A stretch of 64,000 nt of DNA from Stegostoma tigrinum (taxonomy: Eukaryota): contig NC_081383.1 in NCBI RefSeq assembly GCF_030684315.1, positions 16,103,942 to 16,167,941 of the forward strand. Reading direction: 5' to 3'. Below the pieces are notes generated by a model, which was given only the letters and a program-made list of their open reading frames with translations, made no database searches and was not told the DNA's origin. Position 1 is the first letter of the stretch. Every line of letters starts with the position of its first letter. The translations under genes and the position numbers were made by a program. Positions 23,681-36,539 of the stretch are shown one piece after another.

Positions 23681-25149
23681 TTTTGTATTTTTATTCCCAA
23701 TTCCAAATGTTTACACTCAGATATAGCAGCCCCCATTTTGGCTTGCAGGGGAATGGGGCACATTGTACTTTTCACATGTTGAAGTGCCTGCACATTGATC
23801 CATATTATACCAGTGGGATGCCCCAAACATAACTTGTGAGCTTCACGTTTTTCAGAAATGTTTTAAAGGTGCCGCAGATATTTGCAGAGGAAGGTTATAA
23901 ATTTTGGATAGGTCCAGAGACACATTTGGGAGAGGTAGGATGTCCTTTAGGACTATACCCATACGGTGCCCTTTCAAAGAACCACATGCGCATTGCGATT
24001 ATTAAAGGTATACATGAATGCCTGTAAATCGCATAAACCCATGATTGGAACTGTGAAACTGTCAAGATATCTAAATCACCAAGCTGACTGTTTTACAGTC
24101 TGCTGTTTCAAAAAACATAGTCCTTGCTATTTTACTCTCCCTCTTGATATAAGCCAGAGGGCTATCATTAAAAGATTTGAACTGCGTGACTGATTTTACA
24201 ACCTATCATTATCACTGCGGGGAACCAGTGATTTCAAGAAATCATTGGCAGCTCCAAGTGATTTCAAAATCTTTTAAGTGGGGCTATAATTACAACGGCT
24301 TGTTTTCATAAGGGAATAAGTTGTTGAAGGAAATAAAATGTCATAAATAGTTTTTACTGATGAAAATGTTAATATTTAAAATAGTTTTTTATTATTTGAC
24401 ACTGGGAGTTTATTTTTACTATCAGCACAGATACTGAAGTTTGCCAATGGCTAAGATAGCGTGATGGATGTATTGGCAAAGTGTAGTTGGTGGGGTTAAT
24501 GAATAGGCTTGAGTTAACACTACATTGTCATAGGGAATGTAAAATGTTGGGGTGTTGGAGAGGCATAGATTGAAATTGAGGGAAAGAGTCTATGGGTGTC
24601 TTGGAGGTTGTGTGAGGTGATAAGGGATGGAATAATAGGGCATGGAGGGTATGTGGAGGATGATGGAGCAGGAGGGGTAAGGGCTGGAGATTTATTTTTG
24701 TATTCTTTCATAGTTGTAGCAAAATCATAGAGCACAGGCCTTTGACACAGCATGCCTTCGCACCCCTGTATCTGCCTAGAAACTCTTTCCCTAGCAGATG
24801 GGCTCAATTCCCATTGACACCTCCGCTACCATCAACATACACCTCCTCCCCCTACCCCAGCCATGTTTTGCTTGCAAGGGAAACTAAGTTTAAAAGCAGG
24901 GATGGCTTATTACAGTTCTGCAGACCTCCTTTAGACCACGTATGGAACATTTCGAGTTGGTTGGTTAGGTGATAAGGTATGTGATGCACTGTAAACCCAA
25001 CAATGCAGGTTCAATCCCTGTACAGTAGTGATAGTTTATGGAGGCACTCCCTCCTCAAATTGCTCTATATTTGTTAAATACTGCCCCTCAAGTGATAGAC
25101 AATCAATTGACTCTGACTAATGGAGATGACTATGTTTTTTTGTGGACAA

Positions 25150-26030
25150 TAGCCAGCTATCTTACGGAATGCTATGTTCAGTTTTGGTTTCCTTAGTTAA
25201 TAAGAGATATTAATGGAATTTGAAGCAGCTTACATAGGGTTCACTCAACTGATTCTTGCACAAAGGAATTATGATGAAAGAGAGGCAAGTTTGAGCAGGC
25301 CTGGCCTAAACCCATTTGACTTTAGAAGAAAGAGAAATGATCTTATTGAAACATGCAAGGTCCTGAGAGGACATGGATGCTGGGAAGATATTTCACTTTG
25401 TCGAGAAACACAGTTTGAAAATTTAGAATTTTCCACTTAAGACCAAGATGAGGAGAATTCCTTTTCTCTCAGAAGGTTGTTCGTCTGTGTGATTTCCTTT
25501 TGCAGAAAGCACTAGAGGCTGGATTGAAGGCAAAGTTAGGTACATTTTGATCTGCAAGACAACCAAGAATTATGGTGAAATTATAGGAATGTAGTGTTGA
25601 GGCTTCTGAGGGAGATCGTGGCTTAGTGTTAATGTCACCGGACATGTATTCTGGCTATCCAATGGTTTTGAATCCCAATGTGGTATAATTTTGAATTTTA
25701 AATTCTATAAAAAGTCTCAAATATAAAACTAGACTAATGGCAACTGTGTAACCACTGTAAGTTTTCATAAAAACCAATTTGATTCCCTAAATGTCCTTTA
25801 GAGAAGGAAATCTGCCATCTTTACCTGATCTGGCTTCCTGTGACTCCACACCACAGAAATAGGGGTGACCTTTAACTGCATCTGAGTAAGTAGGGATAGG
25901 CAACAAATGTCAGCCATTGATGCTTATATCGCCTGAACAAATAAAACCAAACCATATCTACAGTGATGTTATCAAACACTGGAGTAGGCTCGAGGAGCCA
26001 AATAGCCTCCTCCTGCTCCTAGCTCTTCTG
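25150..26030 (+). mobile_element. Old CR1 3' fragment with a tRNA-derived SINE inserted at ~25610-25950
   Basis: RRKRNDLIETCKVLRG (ORF 25213..25440); the CR1 tail resumes at ~25950-26030; SINE core GGAAATCTGCCATCTTTACC...TGTGACTCCA. Confidence 0.65.
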
Positions 26031-27109
26031 TTATAGTGTTCTTGCAACTATGTAGGACTCTAGAACAGAGTTTAATTCTATTTTCTCTCGTATTGATGAG
26101 CTATATTTACAGAGATTATTGGATAGAAGAAGAGCAAGATACGCTCCTTAGTCTAGTTTTGCAGAGGTAAATTTCATTCGTCTCACTTATTAACTTGATG
26201 TCAAATCTCTATGTATTCATAATGATCCCAAAGCTGGAAGCTGTCAGAAAATAGCCATTGAGTCTTGGTGAATATGAAAGTTGCCAGGCGAGAAATGTGC
26301 TGAGCGAAGCAGAGTCGTGCCTGCAGCATCATTCTGATTAATTACATTGAGGATAGAAAGATAAGTTGACAATGTATGTGTGTCTTAACACTACTTATCA
26401 AGACCTCATCGCAATTTTACAAACATGAAGTATACATTGTGGAGGTATGGGCTCTTGTGGTGCCATGACAGTATCCATACCATTGAGCTAGAAAACCTGA
26501 TTTCAAGTCTAACCTGCTGCTGAGTTGTGTCATAACATATCTGGATAGCTTAATTAAAAATAAGGAGTTTATTTTGTCAGTTTTGTTTACTCTTCTCCTG
26601 AGTGTGCTGCCTTTCTCCTGGAATGTGAAGAGATGGTGACCTAGGAAGTCTTTGCATCTGAAATGAATAGGATGGGAATTTCACTCTGGACTTCAAGACT
26701 TGGATCAGGAAGAGCTTGTATGTTTATCTGCAATTGAGTATGCTACAATTGCAAGTCTTCAGCAAATTAACAAAATGCTTAAAACATTGCTATATATATG
26801 CTGCTGAAATTGTGCTAGAGTTTTGTGTACAGTGGTGCTTCGATAGGTTAACTCCCAGCGTGTAAAAGTCTGATTTTAATATGGGTTTATTGCATAGAGC
26901 TGAAGTAGAAAAATACTAAGTTGTCACACTTTTGAGACATATGTATATGAAGAATGAGCTAAATAAGAGCTATAACAAAACCCAATGGAATGTTCCTCCC
27001 TGTGAGAGTAAAAGATAATGATTATCAAGCATAACAGCTGATAATTTTGTACATTTCTGCTTGATTAATGTTCATACAGAGTACCTTATCCTGTGTGCAA
27101 AGCTCGTCA

Positions 27110-27820
27110 CATAGTGACAATGTCAGTGGATTAATAATCTAGAGACTCAGGCTAATACAATGACAGCTGGTGAAATTAAAATCCAATTAATAAGATCGCT
27201 GGAACTGAAAGCTGGTGTCATGGTGGCCATGAAGCTATCATCGATTGCTATAATAAAGCTATCGGATCATTAAAGCTCTTCAAAGGTAAGAAATCTACTA
27301 TCCTTATCTAGCCTGGTTTACATGTGATTCCAGACCCACTGAGATGTGCTTGTCTGTGTTGTGTGAAGTAATTGTTCCGAAAGGTCTAATGTTTGAGGGA
27401 GCACTGAGCTCCACTCAATCTGATGGCATTGTAAGGACTAGGATGCAGTAGGATAGACTATCTCAGTCGGTCCAATGTCTGTATCCACAGATCTCTCAAT
27501 ACTCTTACTAACAATGCCTAACTTGCCACTCTAACTTATGCCTGATTGCCAACATGTAATAAGTTACATCTCATTTAAGACAAGAGCCTTCATATTAATG
27601 ATCGCTAGTGGTTTTCCTCTGCCACTGTAAATTTCCGAGGCTTTTTGCTAGTCAAAGAAAGAGGATTGGGGCAACAAACTATCTCAACCAAAAGATGGTC
27701 GTAGTTGGCAGCACAGCACGTAGAAGTCTCTTGGACATCCTCTGAAGTGGCCTTGCAAGCCATTCAGTTAAGGCTATGCAATAAATTCAGGCCTTGCCCA
27801 CACATCATGAAAGAATTTTT
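27110..27820 (+). mobile_element. tRNA-derived SINE split by an unidentified ~375-bp insertion (~27352-27727)
   Basis: Same family as 35905-36260; the SINE stops at ~27351 and resumes at ~27728 (CCTCTGAAGTGGCC...GCAATAAAT). Confidence 0.55.
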
Positions 27821-28334
27821 TTTAAAATTCAAGTAGCGGCAAGGGGTCATACTGAATTCCATAAGCTTTCAACCCACAACTTATCGTAAAACCATTGCTC
27901 TTAAAGGAATGAGAAAACTTTGAAAATTGGGAGTAATGTTTTAATTCTTAGCAAAACGCTTTAAAGAATGTTAACTTAAAAAAATCTCCCAGATGGCTAA
28001 GAAAGAGTTCAAGAAATTTTAAGAATAAGTTGAAGAGAAAACATTGGGAATTAACTGAGTAAAAAAAGACTAGGAAATCTCAGTTTTTACACGTAATAGT
28101 CCAGCACATATTTTCCTGATGGAAGTTGTATGACTCTAGGTGCACGTTTAAAATCTGATGAAATGAGGTTGATGCTGGTAGAAATTCAGTGCATAAATTC
28201 CATATCCAGATTCCCACTGCTGCCGTCATGTAAACTACTATATCAAGAGTGCCAACTCATGGGGTCAGAATTTACTATTAAAATAATGATGCGTCTAACA
28301 TCACTATTATTATGTTTAAATTAGGCAATTCACA

Positions 28335-28470
28335 TGCCAGCACCTCCGACAATGCCACATTTGCTCAGTACTGCTCCAGAATTCCAGCCTTCTTTTTTGT
28401 GCTCAAGTTCTTCAGTAAGAGCTGAACCACAACTACCTGAGAGGTAGAAGACTATCAACTTCGGCACAGT
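28335..28470 (-). mobile_element. Deu-domain SINE (SacSINE/AmnSINE-like) fragment
   Basis: CAGCACCTCCGACAATGC...CTCAGTACTGC...GTGCTCAAG resembles, in reverse, the conserved head of Deu SINEs. Related pieces at ~21700-21810, 32490-33030, 45390-45500 and 56670-56830. Confidence 0.5.
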
Positions 28471-29189
28471 TCATGTGGCAACTGGCTTTGGTTCACAAAA
28501 CACATAATTCATTTCTTGAAATGTTGTTTTGCAGAGAGAAGCAAGTACTCTGCTAAATGTATCCATTGCCAGTAGATTTACAATGTAAAATACCTATCTG
28601 GCTGAACATGGAAAAGCATAATGTTAACATTTATTACTTTTTGTGTGAGTGTTTTTGTTAGCAACTGCCAGTAAATTGGTATTATCCCACTATAATAGTC
28701 TAGAAGTAATCTTATAGAAAGATACTGACGAAATTCAGGTTCACAATAATGTCATATAAACTATGGGAAACATATGACTCATACTTTCAAACTACTTGGT
28801 TGGATATCTCCACTAATGCAAGATAATTGGCATTTGTCTCAATATGTAGCAGTGTTATATTTTGTAATGTATAAAAAATACATATATATACTTAGACTGA
28901 AAGCAATAAAAGTGAGAACTATGCTCTTTCATTTTCAGCTAGCAAGGTATTTTTCAAATTAAATATACCTGTGGATACATTTTGCAAAGTCCTTGCTTCT
29001 TTCTGCAACATAACGTCAAGAAACGTCTTATGCATTTTGTGAATTTCGAAGAGAGCACTGCAACATAATTAACAGTAATCCTTACTGTTTATAGTAGCAA
29101 TTCTGTACTAATGACAAGTGCATCAAAGATGGTGACAGGATAGAACTTTCCAGCCAGAGCTGCTGTGTTCTGCCCTTTATATTTCCTGT

Positions 29190-30200
29190 CCTTTTTCTTC
29201 TTTTTCTGACAAACTTGGTGGCAGAGTGTGGCTCCCATACTGAAGCTTATCCATTCTGTCTGTGTTTTTTCTTCTCCTTTTTAGAGTTCTTTTTCTCAAA
29301 CCTTTTAAACTTACTTGGAGGAAAATGGGGGAGGTGACTCCTGGACGGGAGGCCAGAGCAAGGAGGGGAGTCCCAGACCGGCACAAAGAGTCAAGGTCCA
29401 GACCAGACACCAGCACGGGGAGGCGAGTCCCAGGCCAGAGAACAGTGCAGGGAGGCGAGTCCCAGACCAGAGACCTCCGCGGGGAGGGGAGTCCCAGACC
29501 AGAGACTGGCACAGGGAGAAGAGTTCAAGACAGGAGACTGGCGCAGAAACGGGAGTCCCAGACTGGAGACAGGCGTGGGGAGGTGAGCCCCAGACCGGAG
29601 AACAGTCTGGGGAGGCAAGTCCCAGACCAGAGACTGACATGGGGAGGGGAGTCCCAGACCAGAGAACGGTGTGGAGAGGGGAGTCCCAGACCGGAGACCG
29701 ACACAGGTAGGAAAGTCACAGACTGGAGACCAGCACGGGGAGGGGAGTCTCAGACCGGAGACTGACGTGGGGATGGGAGTCCCAGCCCGGAGACCAGCGC
29801 GAGGAGGGGAGTCCCAGACCAGAGACCAGCACAGGGAGGGGAGTCTCAGATCGGACAGGGCTGCAAGGAGTGGGGGGTCCCAGATGGGAAGCCATTTCTG
29901 GGAGGTGAGGACCAGAGGTGAGGCCTTGAATTTTGAAGCCTGGTACGGTCTGGAGACTTGGCACTGTGCCACTTGGAGGCTAGGTGCTGGCACGGATTTA
30001 GGTGTAAAAATAGTGAATTGAGTACTTTAGTTTCCTCTTTATTCTTATGCTGGACTTTTATGTATTATTCTTTCAATTTTGTGCCAAATACTTAAGTATC
30101 TTGTATCTAAGATGGCACCATAAGCAGCAACATTGCAAACTTTTCGCTGCGCTCATTTGAGTGCACATGACAATAAAGCTAATTCAAAACTAATTCATTC
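29190..30200 (+). mobile_element. Non-autonomous Rex1/Babar-tailed retroposon containing a 32-bp minisatellite
   Basis: GC-rich body, then a T-rich tract, then AAGATGGC...AAACTTTTCGCTG...CACATGACAATAAA-CTAATTC tail shared with 54410-54530 and, inverted, 549-620. Confidence 0.6.
29365..29885 (+). repeat. Minisatellite, 32-bp period, ~16 copies, consensus ~GGGGAGGGGAGTCCCAGACCRGAGAC(N6)
   Basis: CCCAGAC-like anchors recur at 29397, 29429, 29461, 29493, 29525, 29557, 29589, 29621, 29653, 29685 ... 29845. Confidence 0.95.
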
Positions 30201-30334
30201 ATAGAGGATAGATATAGATACAAAATAAGTGTTAATGTTTGATGGGAATCATCTAAAATACGTCAGTTTCCCATGCAAACAAAGCATGGGCGGATGAGGG
30301 TGGCGATCAAAGCGGAGGACAGTGTTCATGCTTT

Positions 30335-30432
30335 AAAGTATTGAACTCATCGTTGAGCCCTGAAGACTGTAAAGTGCTTAGTTGGAAAATGAGATGCTTT
30401 TCTTCTAGCTTGTGTTGAGTTTCACTGGAAAT
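30335..30432 (-). mobile_element. Neptune-type Penelope ORF C-terminal fragment
   Basis: Minus translation SSETQHKLEEKHLIFQLSTLQSSGLNDEFN matches RRLQEQQLIFRLGTLQPNGINVDF at ~50560-50630. Confidence 0.65.
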
Positions 30433-30439
30433 TCAGTAG

Positions 30440-30930
30440 CCACACAATGTCTCTTACCAATTTTTATCAATGCACCAAATAAAGCATCCTATCTCGATGC
30501 ACAGCTGTGTGGTATGACAACTGCTCTGCCCAAGACCAGAAGAAATTATAGAGAGTTGTGAACGCAGCCCAGTCCATCACACAAACCAGCCTTCCTTCCA
30601 TTGACTCCATCACTACTTCCCGCTGCCTCAGTAAAGCAGCCAACATAATCAAACAGTCTTCTCACTCTGGTTATACTTCCCTCCGCCCTTTCCAATTGGG
30701 CAGAAGATACGTAAGTTTGAAAACGCGTACCAACTGTAGTTATCAGACTTATGAATGGACCTCTCATATACTAGAGTTGATCTTTCCCTTCACCTTTTCT
30801 CTAGCTGTATTAATATATTCTGCATTTTGTTCTATCACCCTGATGTAAGATATGATTTGTTTGAATAGCATGCAAAACAATACTTTTCACTGTATGCCGG
30901 TACATGTGACAATAATAAATCCAATGAGAA
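30440..30930 (+). mobile_element. Rex1/Babar LINE 3' fragment
   Basis: FYQCTK*SILSRCTAVWYDNCSAQDQKKL*RVVNAAQSITQTSLPSIDSITTSRCLSKAANIIK...GRRYVSLKTRTN, then tail CTTTTCACTGTATGCCGGTACATGTGACAATAATAAA. Confidence 0.85.
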
Positions 30931-33139
30931 AAAAAACCCTTTGTCTTGTGCTCTGGCACATTCACCATTTGTTTCATTAACACCTCCTCCCATTTTGTCA
31001 ACAGTATAGAAACCATAATTTTCAAGTCCTCTTTCATTCCAAACAAGAGAGTTATTTTGGACTTGAAACTTTAACTCTATTTCTTGCAACACAGATACTG
31101 TTAGATCTGTTGAGTTTCTCCAGCACTTTCAGGTTTAATTTCAGATTTCTGGCATCAGCATACTTTACTTTTATTTCAGGGACAAAAATCAGGGCACCAG
31201 TGATGCTCCCGCTGGCCCAGATGCTCGACACAGAGAGCCGCTGAGAGCCCCATTCCCTGGTTACTGAACTGGGAATCCAGGATTTTGATTGTGACAATAT
31301 GTATATTAAGTGGGTTAGTCGGTCACTTAGTGTTATATCTGAATTATGGTGGTCAGTGCCGGTTGGCTGCTCACCAAGGTAGGTATTATTTTTGAGTCAG
31401 GCTCTGGCCTCCCTTGGATCAAGTGTGGTAACCCTGTCCATTCTTTGCCCTTTCTAATGCAATTCTGACATTCATTATAAAATCCTTTCTACAGCTCAGA
31501 CTGAAATTGTCTGACTAATATCACTGTACAGATGAAATTTGGAACTACCTAGACTGTATGGTATAGGTGTTTATGAGATAAACTTACTGTGCTGTCAGGC
31601 TGTCTTAAAGATATCTTACTGAATAATTTATGGTTACATCAGAAAACAGAATTGGCTGTTCTCTCTACCAGCTCTTATGAATAATGTCTTTTTTTGTATA
31701 GGAATTACAACACAGACAAAGAATATTTGGTCTGTCACCCTCCGTGATGGTAGACTTCAGATGAAGTGAACTACTACAGTCTTACCTCTCTGCCTTTTGC
31801 CGTTGTCCTTTTTAATTCTTACATTTTCAAATAATTTCCACTCCAACACATTTCGGAAGATTAAAGCTCATTGATACCAATGCGTGTAAAAACTGTAGAG
31901 CAAAGCTTTAGTATACTGACATCTGCTCAGAGTTGGCAAGGTGCTAAGCTACTCAAAATTTGCTCAACATTTCTGTACCTCGGTAGCTAGTTATGCGAAA
32001 GCATTCCTTATCCTAAAAACCCTCTCTGCAAGAATATTATCTCCAACATTTTTCCTTCATTCTAATCATAATCCTAACGATCCATTTACAGGACAAGGTC
32101 ATCAAGATTTGGAACTACATTGGACTTTTCTAGTCCCTGCCTTGGGACTGTTTGATAACATCTCTATGCAGAAAGAGTAAATGACAAATGCTGCAGTATT
32201 ATCGACTTTCCTCGCAGGAGCCACACAAGATGGGAGTAACCAAGCTAGATGCTGAATGTGAATTAATAGTTGATATCATTGAGACAGCTTTTAATGGGTC
32301 ATCTGTTGCAAACAGTTGGTTGACCATTCACTTCTACAACCTTGCGTACAATAAAATGACATCCAGTTTCTATCAGTTCTTTTAATAGATCTATACATAG
32401 CCCATGGATAATTGTACATCATCATTAATTTTCCTCTCTAAATTATAAATGACCTGATTTGTTTTATTTGTACATCATGTCAGTATTAATCTGACTCAGT
32501 GGGTAATCAACTCCTGTATCAGAAGGGTACATGTTTGTTTCCAAAATATGTTATGATAACACAATGGCGGGTGGGATATAGGGATCTGCGGTGATAATGT
32601 CAGTGTCACCCTTCACTAGATAAATGATTAAGCTGAAGTCTCATCTATTCATTCAGGTAATCAAATAATATTGACGATCTCATTGCTGTATTCAAAGAAC
32701 TGTCAGTTCTGCTGGGAAGAAAAGTAACTTTCAGCCTTTATACCAACATCAGAATTAGTTCTGAAGAAGTGTCATATTGGACTTGGAATGTTAATTCTGT
32801 TTCACTGTCTGCAGTGCTGCCACACATAGTGAGTTTCCCTGGCATTTTCAATTTCAATTTCAGAAACAGATCCAACCTGGTCAATTACCTCCTTGTGAAT
32901 TGTGGGATTCCTCTTTTGAAATGGTTTCCGATCTCACCTGCCAAATAGTCACTTCACTGGAATGTAAGTGTGTGGACATGGTTCTGTGGCATGTGATATG
33001 ACACTACAAGATAGGGAAAATTTTCTTGACTCCTGTACCCTGGAGAATGTCATATTTCTCTGGGTACAAACCCCAGGTTGCCAGCTCTTTTTATATACCC
33101 TCTGATTTGTAGAGTTTTCTGGCACAAGTTATGAACCGA

Positions 33140-33960
33140 GCTTCACAGAATCATAGAATGGTTGCAGCACAGCAGAATATCATTTGGCAGCCAATTGTGT
33201 CTGCAAATGAACAACTTAGTGTCAGTCCCCTTTTCCCGCTATTACTTTTCCTGCTTTCCCTTCATAACCCTGTGCATTTTCCCTTTTCAGATGATAATTT
33301 AAATTCCTCTTGAATGCCTTGAATTAACATACATGCCTCACAATCACTGATAGCACACTCTGATCACTGTATGAAGGGGTTTCTCCTCAGACTGCCATTC
33401 CTTCTTTTGCCAATTTCTTTAAATTAATTACATTAAACAAATTATCTCCTGTTTCCAATTCTTCTGAAAATGGGATCAGTTCCCTCCTCATCAACTCTGT
33501 CCAGAGTCTTCATGAATTTGAATATCTCTAAAAAATGTCAACCTTCTCTTCTCCAAGGAAAGCAAACCGAATTTATCTAATCTTCCTGCAAAACTGAAGC
33601 TCCTCATCCTTGAAACCATATTTTTTCTGACCCCGCTCTAGTGCTTCACATCTTGTCTTAAGGATGACATTCAGATGAGAAACTTACCTGTTGCCATACT
33701 ACGGTTCAAGTTGAATTCGTGCTGTGTACACCACTCTTGCTTCTGTACTCTTTGCTGCATTAGCAGTCTATGCTTTATCAACCACTCTCCCAACCTGTCC
33801 TATAACCTTCAATGAATTACTTATCATTGACAATAGAAGTTATACACCAAGTCTTCTATACCAAGTCTCTATCCCCCCTTCAGAATTGTATCCTTTTATA
33901 TGATATTGTCTCATTGTATCCTTTCTCCCAAAATGCATCACTTCATATCACATACCAGCT
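33140..33960 (-). mobile_element. Highly decayed CR1 LINE 3' fragment
   Basis: CACAGAATCATAGAAT terminal microsatellite followed by CR1-like ACCTTCTCTTCTCCAAGGAAA. Confidence 0.55.
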
Positions 33961-35483
33961 GATCATTAAACCTCACCTGATTTCTGGTGACCAGGCCAAA
34001 ATTACAAGGCCTAGTGGTTTTCCAGTTGATTTAAACCAGAGCTGAGGGATGTCCATGTGCTTTGAATGCTTTCTCTTTCACTATTATTTGACTCAGTTTG
34101 GCTTGGCATTGAAAGTTGATTTCCATTTGTATTTTTATTCCTGTGAAATGTTTTGATGAGTGCAAGATGAAAAGCTTTGACAAATCCATGTATGTTTTCA
34201 CCAATATTCAAGTCTGTGCCAGCAAATAATTATGTTATCATTTTACTTCATTATTTTTTAAAAAATCTTTGTATATGTGCCTCTTGTTTTTTTTAATGTT
34301 TAGTGAGCTAGTAAACTCATTTTTTCTTTACCTCAGGAAAGCCTGGTTGCTTTGGACTTTTTAAAAACTTAAACATGATTGGATTTTGAAAAAATAATCA
34401 ACAAAGAGAGGAATCACTTTAAATTAACCTTGTTGCAACTGAAAATGGATTGAAATAGGAAGGACAGCTAATTAATCCCTCTTTTCCCAGGTGTGTCGCC
34501 ATTTTGAGTCTATCCTGGAATCATAACTAATTGGTGACCCTCCTATGGGAACTGGTCATAACAGTTTGTGTGACACAATTGTGCACTGGACAGCTCTACA
34601 CCGAGTCAGTGTCTGAGGAAAATCGTGGAGAAGGAGATATCAATGGAAATTCTTGTTTAACTAGCAGATACAGTGAAATTAGAGACAGAAATGTTCAGAC
34701 AATTTGGTGGCATCTGTGAATCAAGAAACACATTAATGCTTCAGGTCAAGAACCTATAATCAGACTTCAAATGCCCGACCAGATTTTCACTTGCTGGTAG
34801 AACCAGGATTGGGAGAAGGAGATTCAGAGACAGTTTTTGGATACTAATCTGGGACACCCCATAACTTTCAAAGACGGAGATCAGGAGGTGGCGGAATGGA
34901 AATCTGCCGACCTCCAGTTAATACATCCCTAAGTCCATGTCAATGGGCCAAGAAGGCAAAAGGACAGTTTTCAATGCAGAATTCCATCGACTTGCACGTT
35001 AGTGAACAGCCGTTGTGTTCAAGGTGGCGCAATCTGAAAGTTTGTTTGTATCCAGCCTAACCTGTTGAGACATGCAGGGAAACTTCCGCTGGGTTGTATG
35101 AATTATCTTTATTCTGGCTGCTTGGCCACTTCCTTGGCATTATTGCTGCTACTGGTGTGGAACTACCTGTCCTTCTCACATTGGCCCCGTTATGGCTGCC
35201 ATTTCCCTTTAGCTTTGGCACACTGCAGGCAGCCTCTACCTCTTAGAGATGCTTAATACCATATCAGGTCCGCTGTTTTCCTCTTAGTAAACTACAGCTT
35301 TAAAAAATGATATCTTTTTCAGTACGTAATGAATTAATTAGATATGTTTACTGCTTTCCTGCTCTGTTGGGAAAAATATTATCAACGCTTAAAGAAGTGT
35401 TTTTAAATACATTCTGCAAAATAAATTGATCCTTTTCTCTTCAGTGACTCTGTCATGTGCATTGCCAACACTCCACAATATGA

Positions 35484-35698
35484 AAAGAAAAGACAAAGAA
35501 CTGCAGATGCTGTAAATCAGAAACAAAAATGGAAATTGCTGGAAAAAACTCAGCAGGTCTGACAACATCTGTGGACAGAAAGTAGACTGAGTGTTTCAGG
35601 TCCAGATCAGAAGAAGTGTCACTGGACCAGAAACATTAATTCTGCTTTCTCTCCTCACCTGCTGCCAGGACTGCTGGGACTTTCCAGCAATTTCTCTC
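35484..35698. mobile_element. Older fold-back Penelope terminal-repeat insertion
   Basis: Imperfect inverted arms (GAAATTGCTGGAAA ... TTTCCAGCAATTTC); decayed hammerhead at 35608-35637; flanking CAATATGA duplication (35476-35483, 35699-35706). Confidence 0.6.
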
Positions 35699-35904
35699 CA
35701 ATATGATGTTAGTCTTCCTTTAGTGGAAGGCTAGTAGTGATCAGCTAGAATGTGAATTCAAGATTTTAATCATATCTTCTGTGACCTTGTTGAATGGTAC
35801 AGCGGGCTCAAAAGACTGAAAGGTTGACCGCTATTCATATAATCCAAACATGAATGTCACATAATTTTTATTCATCACAAAAGTGAGTGTGGTGGGGGAG
35901 GATG

Positions 35905-36262
35905 GTGGGCAATGGCATAGTGGTATTATTGCTAGACTATTAATCAAGAGTCTCTGGTAATGTTCTGGGGATCTTGGTCTGAATCCCACCATAGCAGATG
36001 GTGTAATGTGAATTCAATAACAAAATCTGGAAATAACAGTCAAACAGAGTGAGCAAGAAACTGTTGCCAATTGTTGGAAAACCCATCTGGTTCACTGATG
36101 TACTTTAGGGAGAGAAACTGCCATCCTTACCTTGCCTGCCCCAAATGTGACTCCAGATCCACTGCAATGTGAGTGATTCTTAACTGCCCTCTGGGCAATC
36201 AGGGGTGGGTTATAAATGCTAGCCTAGTCAGCAATGCCCACATCCAACAAATGAAAAATAAA
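35905..36262 (+). mobile_element. tRNA-derived SINE with LINE-like tail
   Basis: A/B-box-like head (TGGCATAGTGG...GGTCTGAATCCC), core ACCCATCTGGTTCACT...CTGCCATCCTTACC, tail GGGCAATCAGGGGTGGG..ATAAATGCT...GCCCACATCC. Copies at 25610, 27110, 46995 and 57150. Confidence 0.75.
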
Positions 36263-36539
36263 ATCTGGCCAACATATTTATAGTTGCTGATGAATGCCTG
36301 TTTAATAATTTTGCAGTGTAAGTTCCATTTAGAATGAGTGTTTATTGTGATGTTTGGGAGAAGGGATTACTCTGGAATCAACAAGACTGTGGTGATCAAC
36401 AAGAAGTTTCAAAGTATTCAAAATCTGTATAGTTGAATGTCATATGATGAGATTTTGGATGGTAGAGGTTTTGACTTGATAGGACAAATAGTATTTTTCG
36501 CATGTTGGGAAGTTTATTGGGTAGACGTTCATCTATGGT

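Noticed and set aside
29365-29885. CRISPR-like repeat/spacer appearance
   Set aside because: Variable part is only ~6 nt and related between units; repeats are degenerate; no cas genes; vertebrate context. It is a minisatellite.
29177-30021. Overlapping 100-200 aa ORFs on both strands
   Set aside because: By-product of the stop-poor GC-rich minisatellite.
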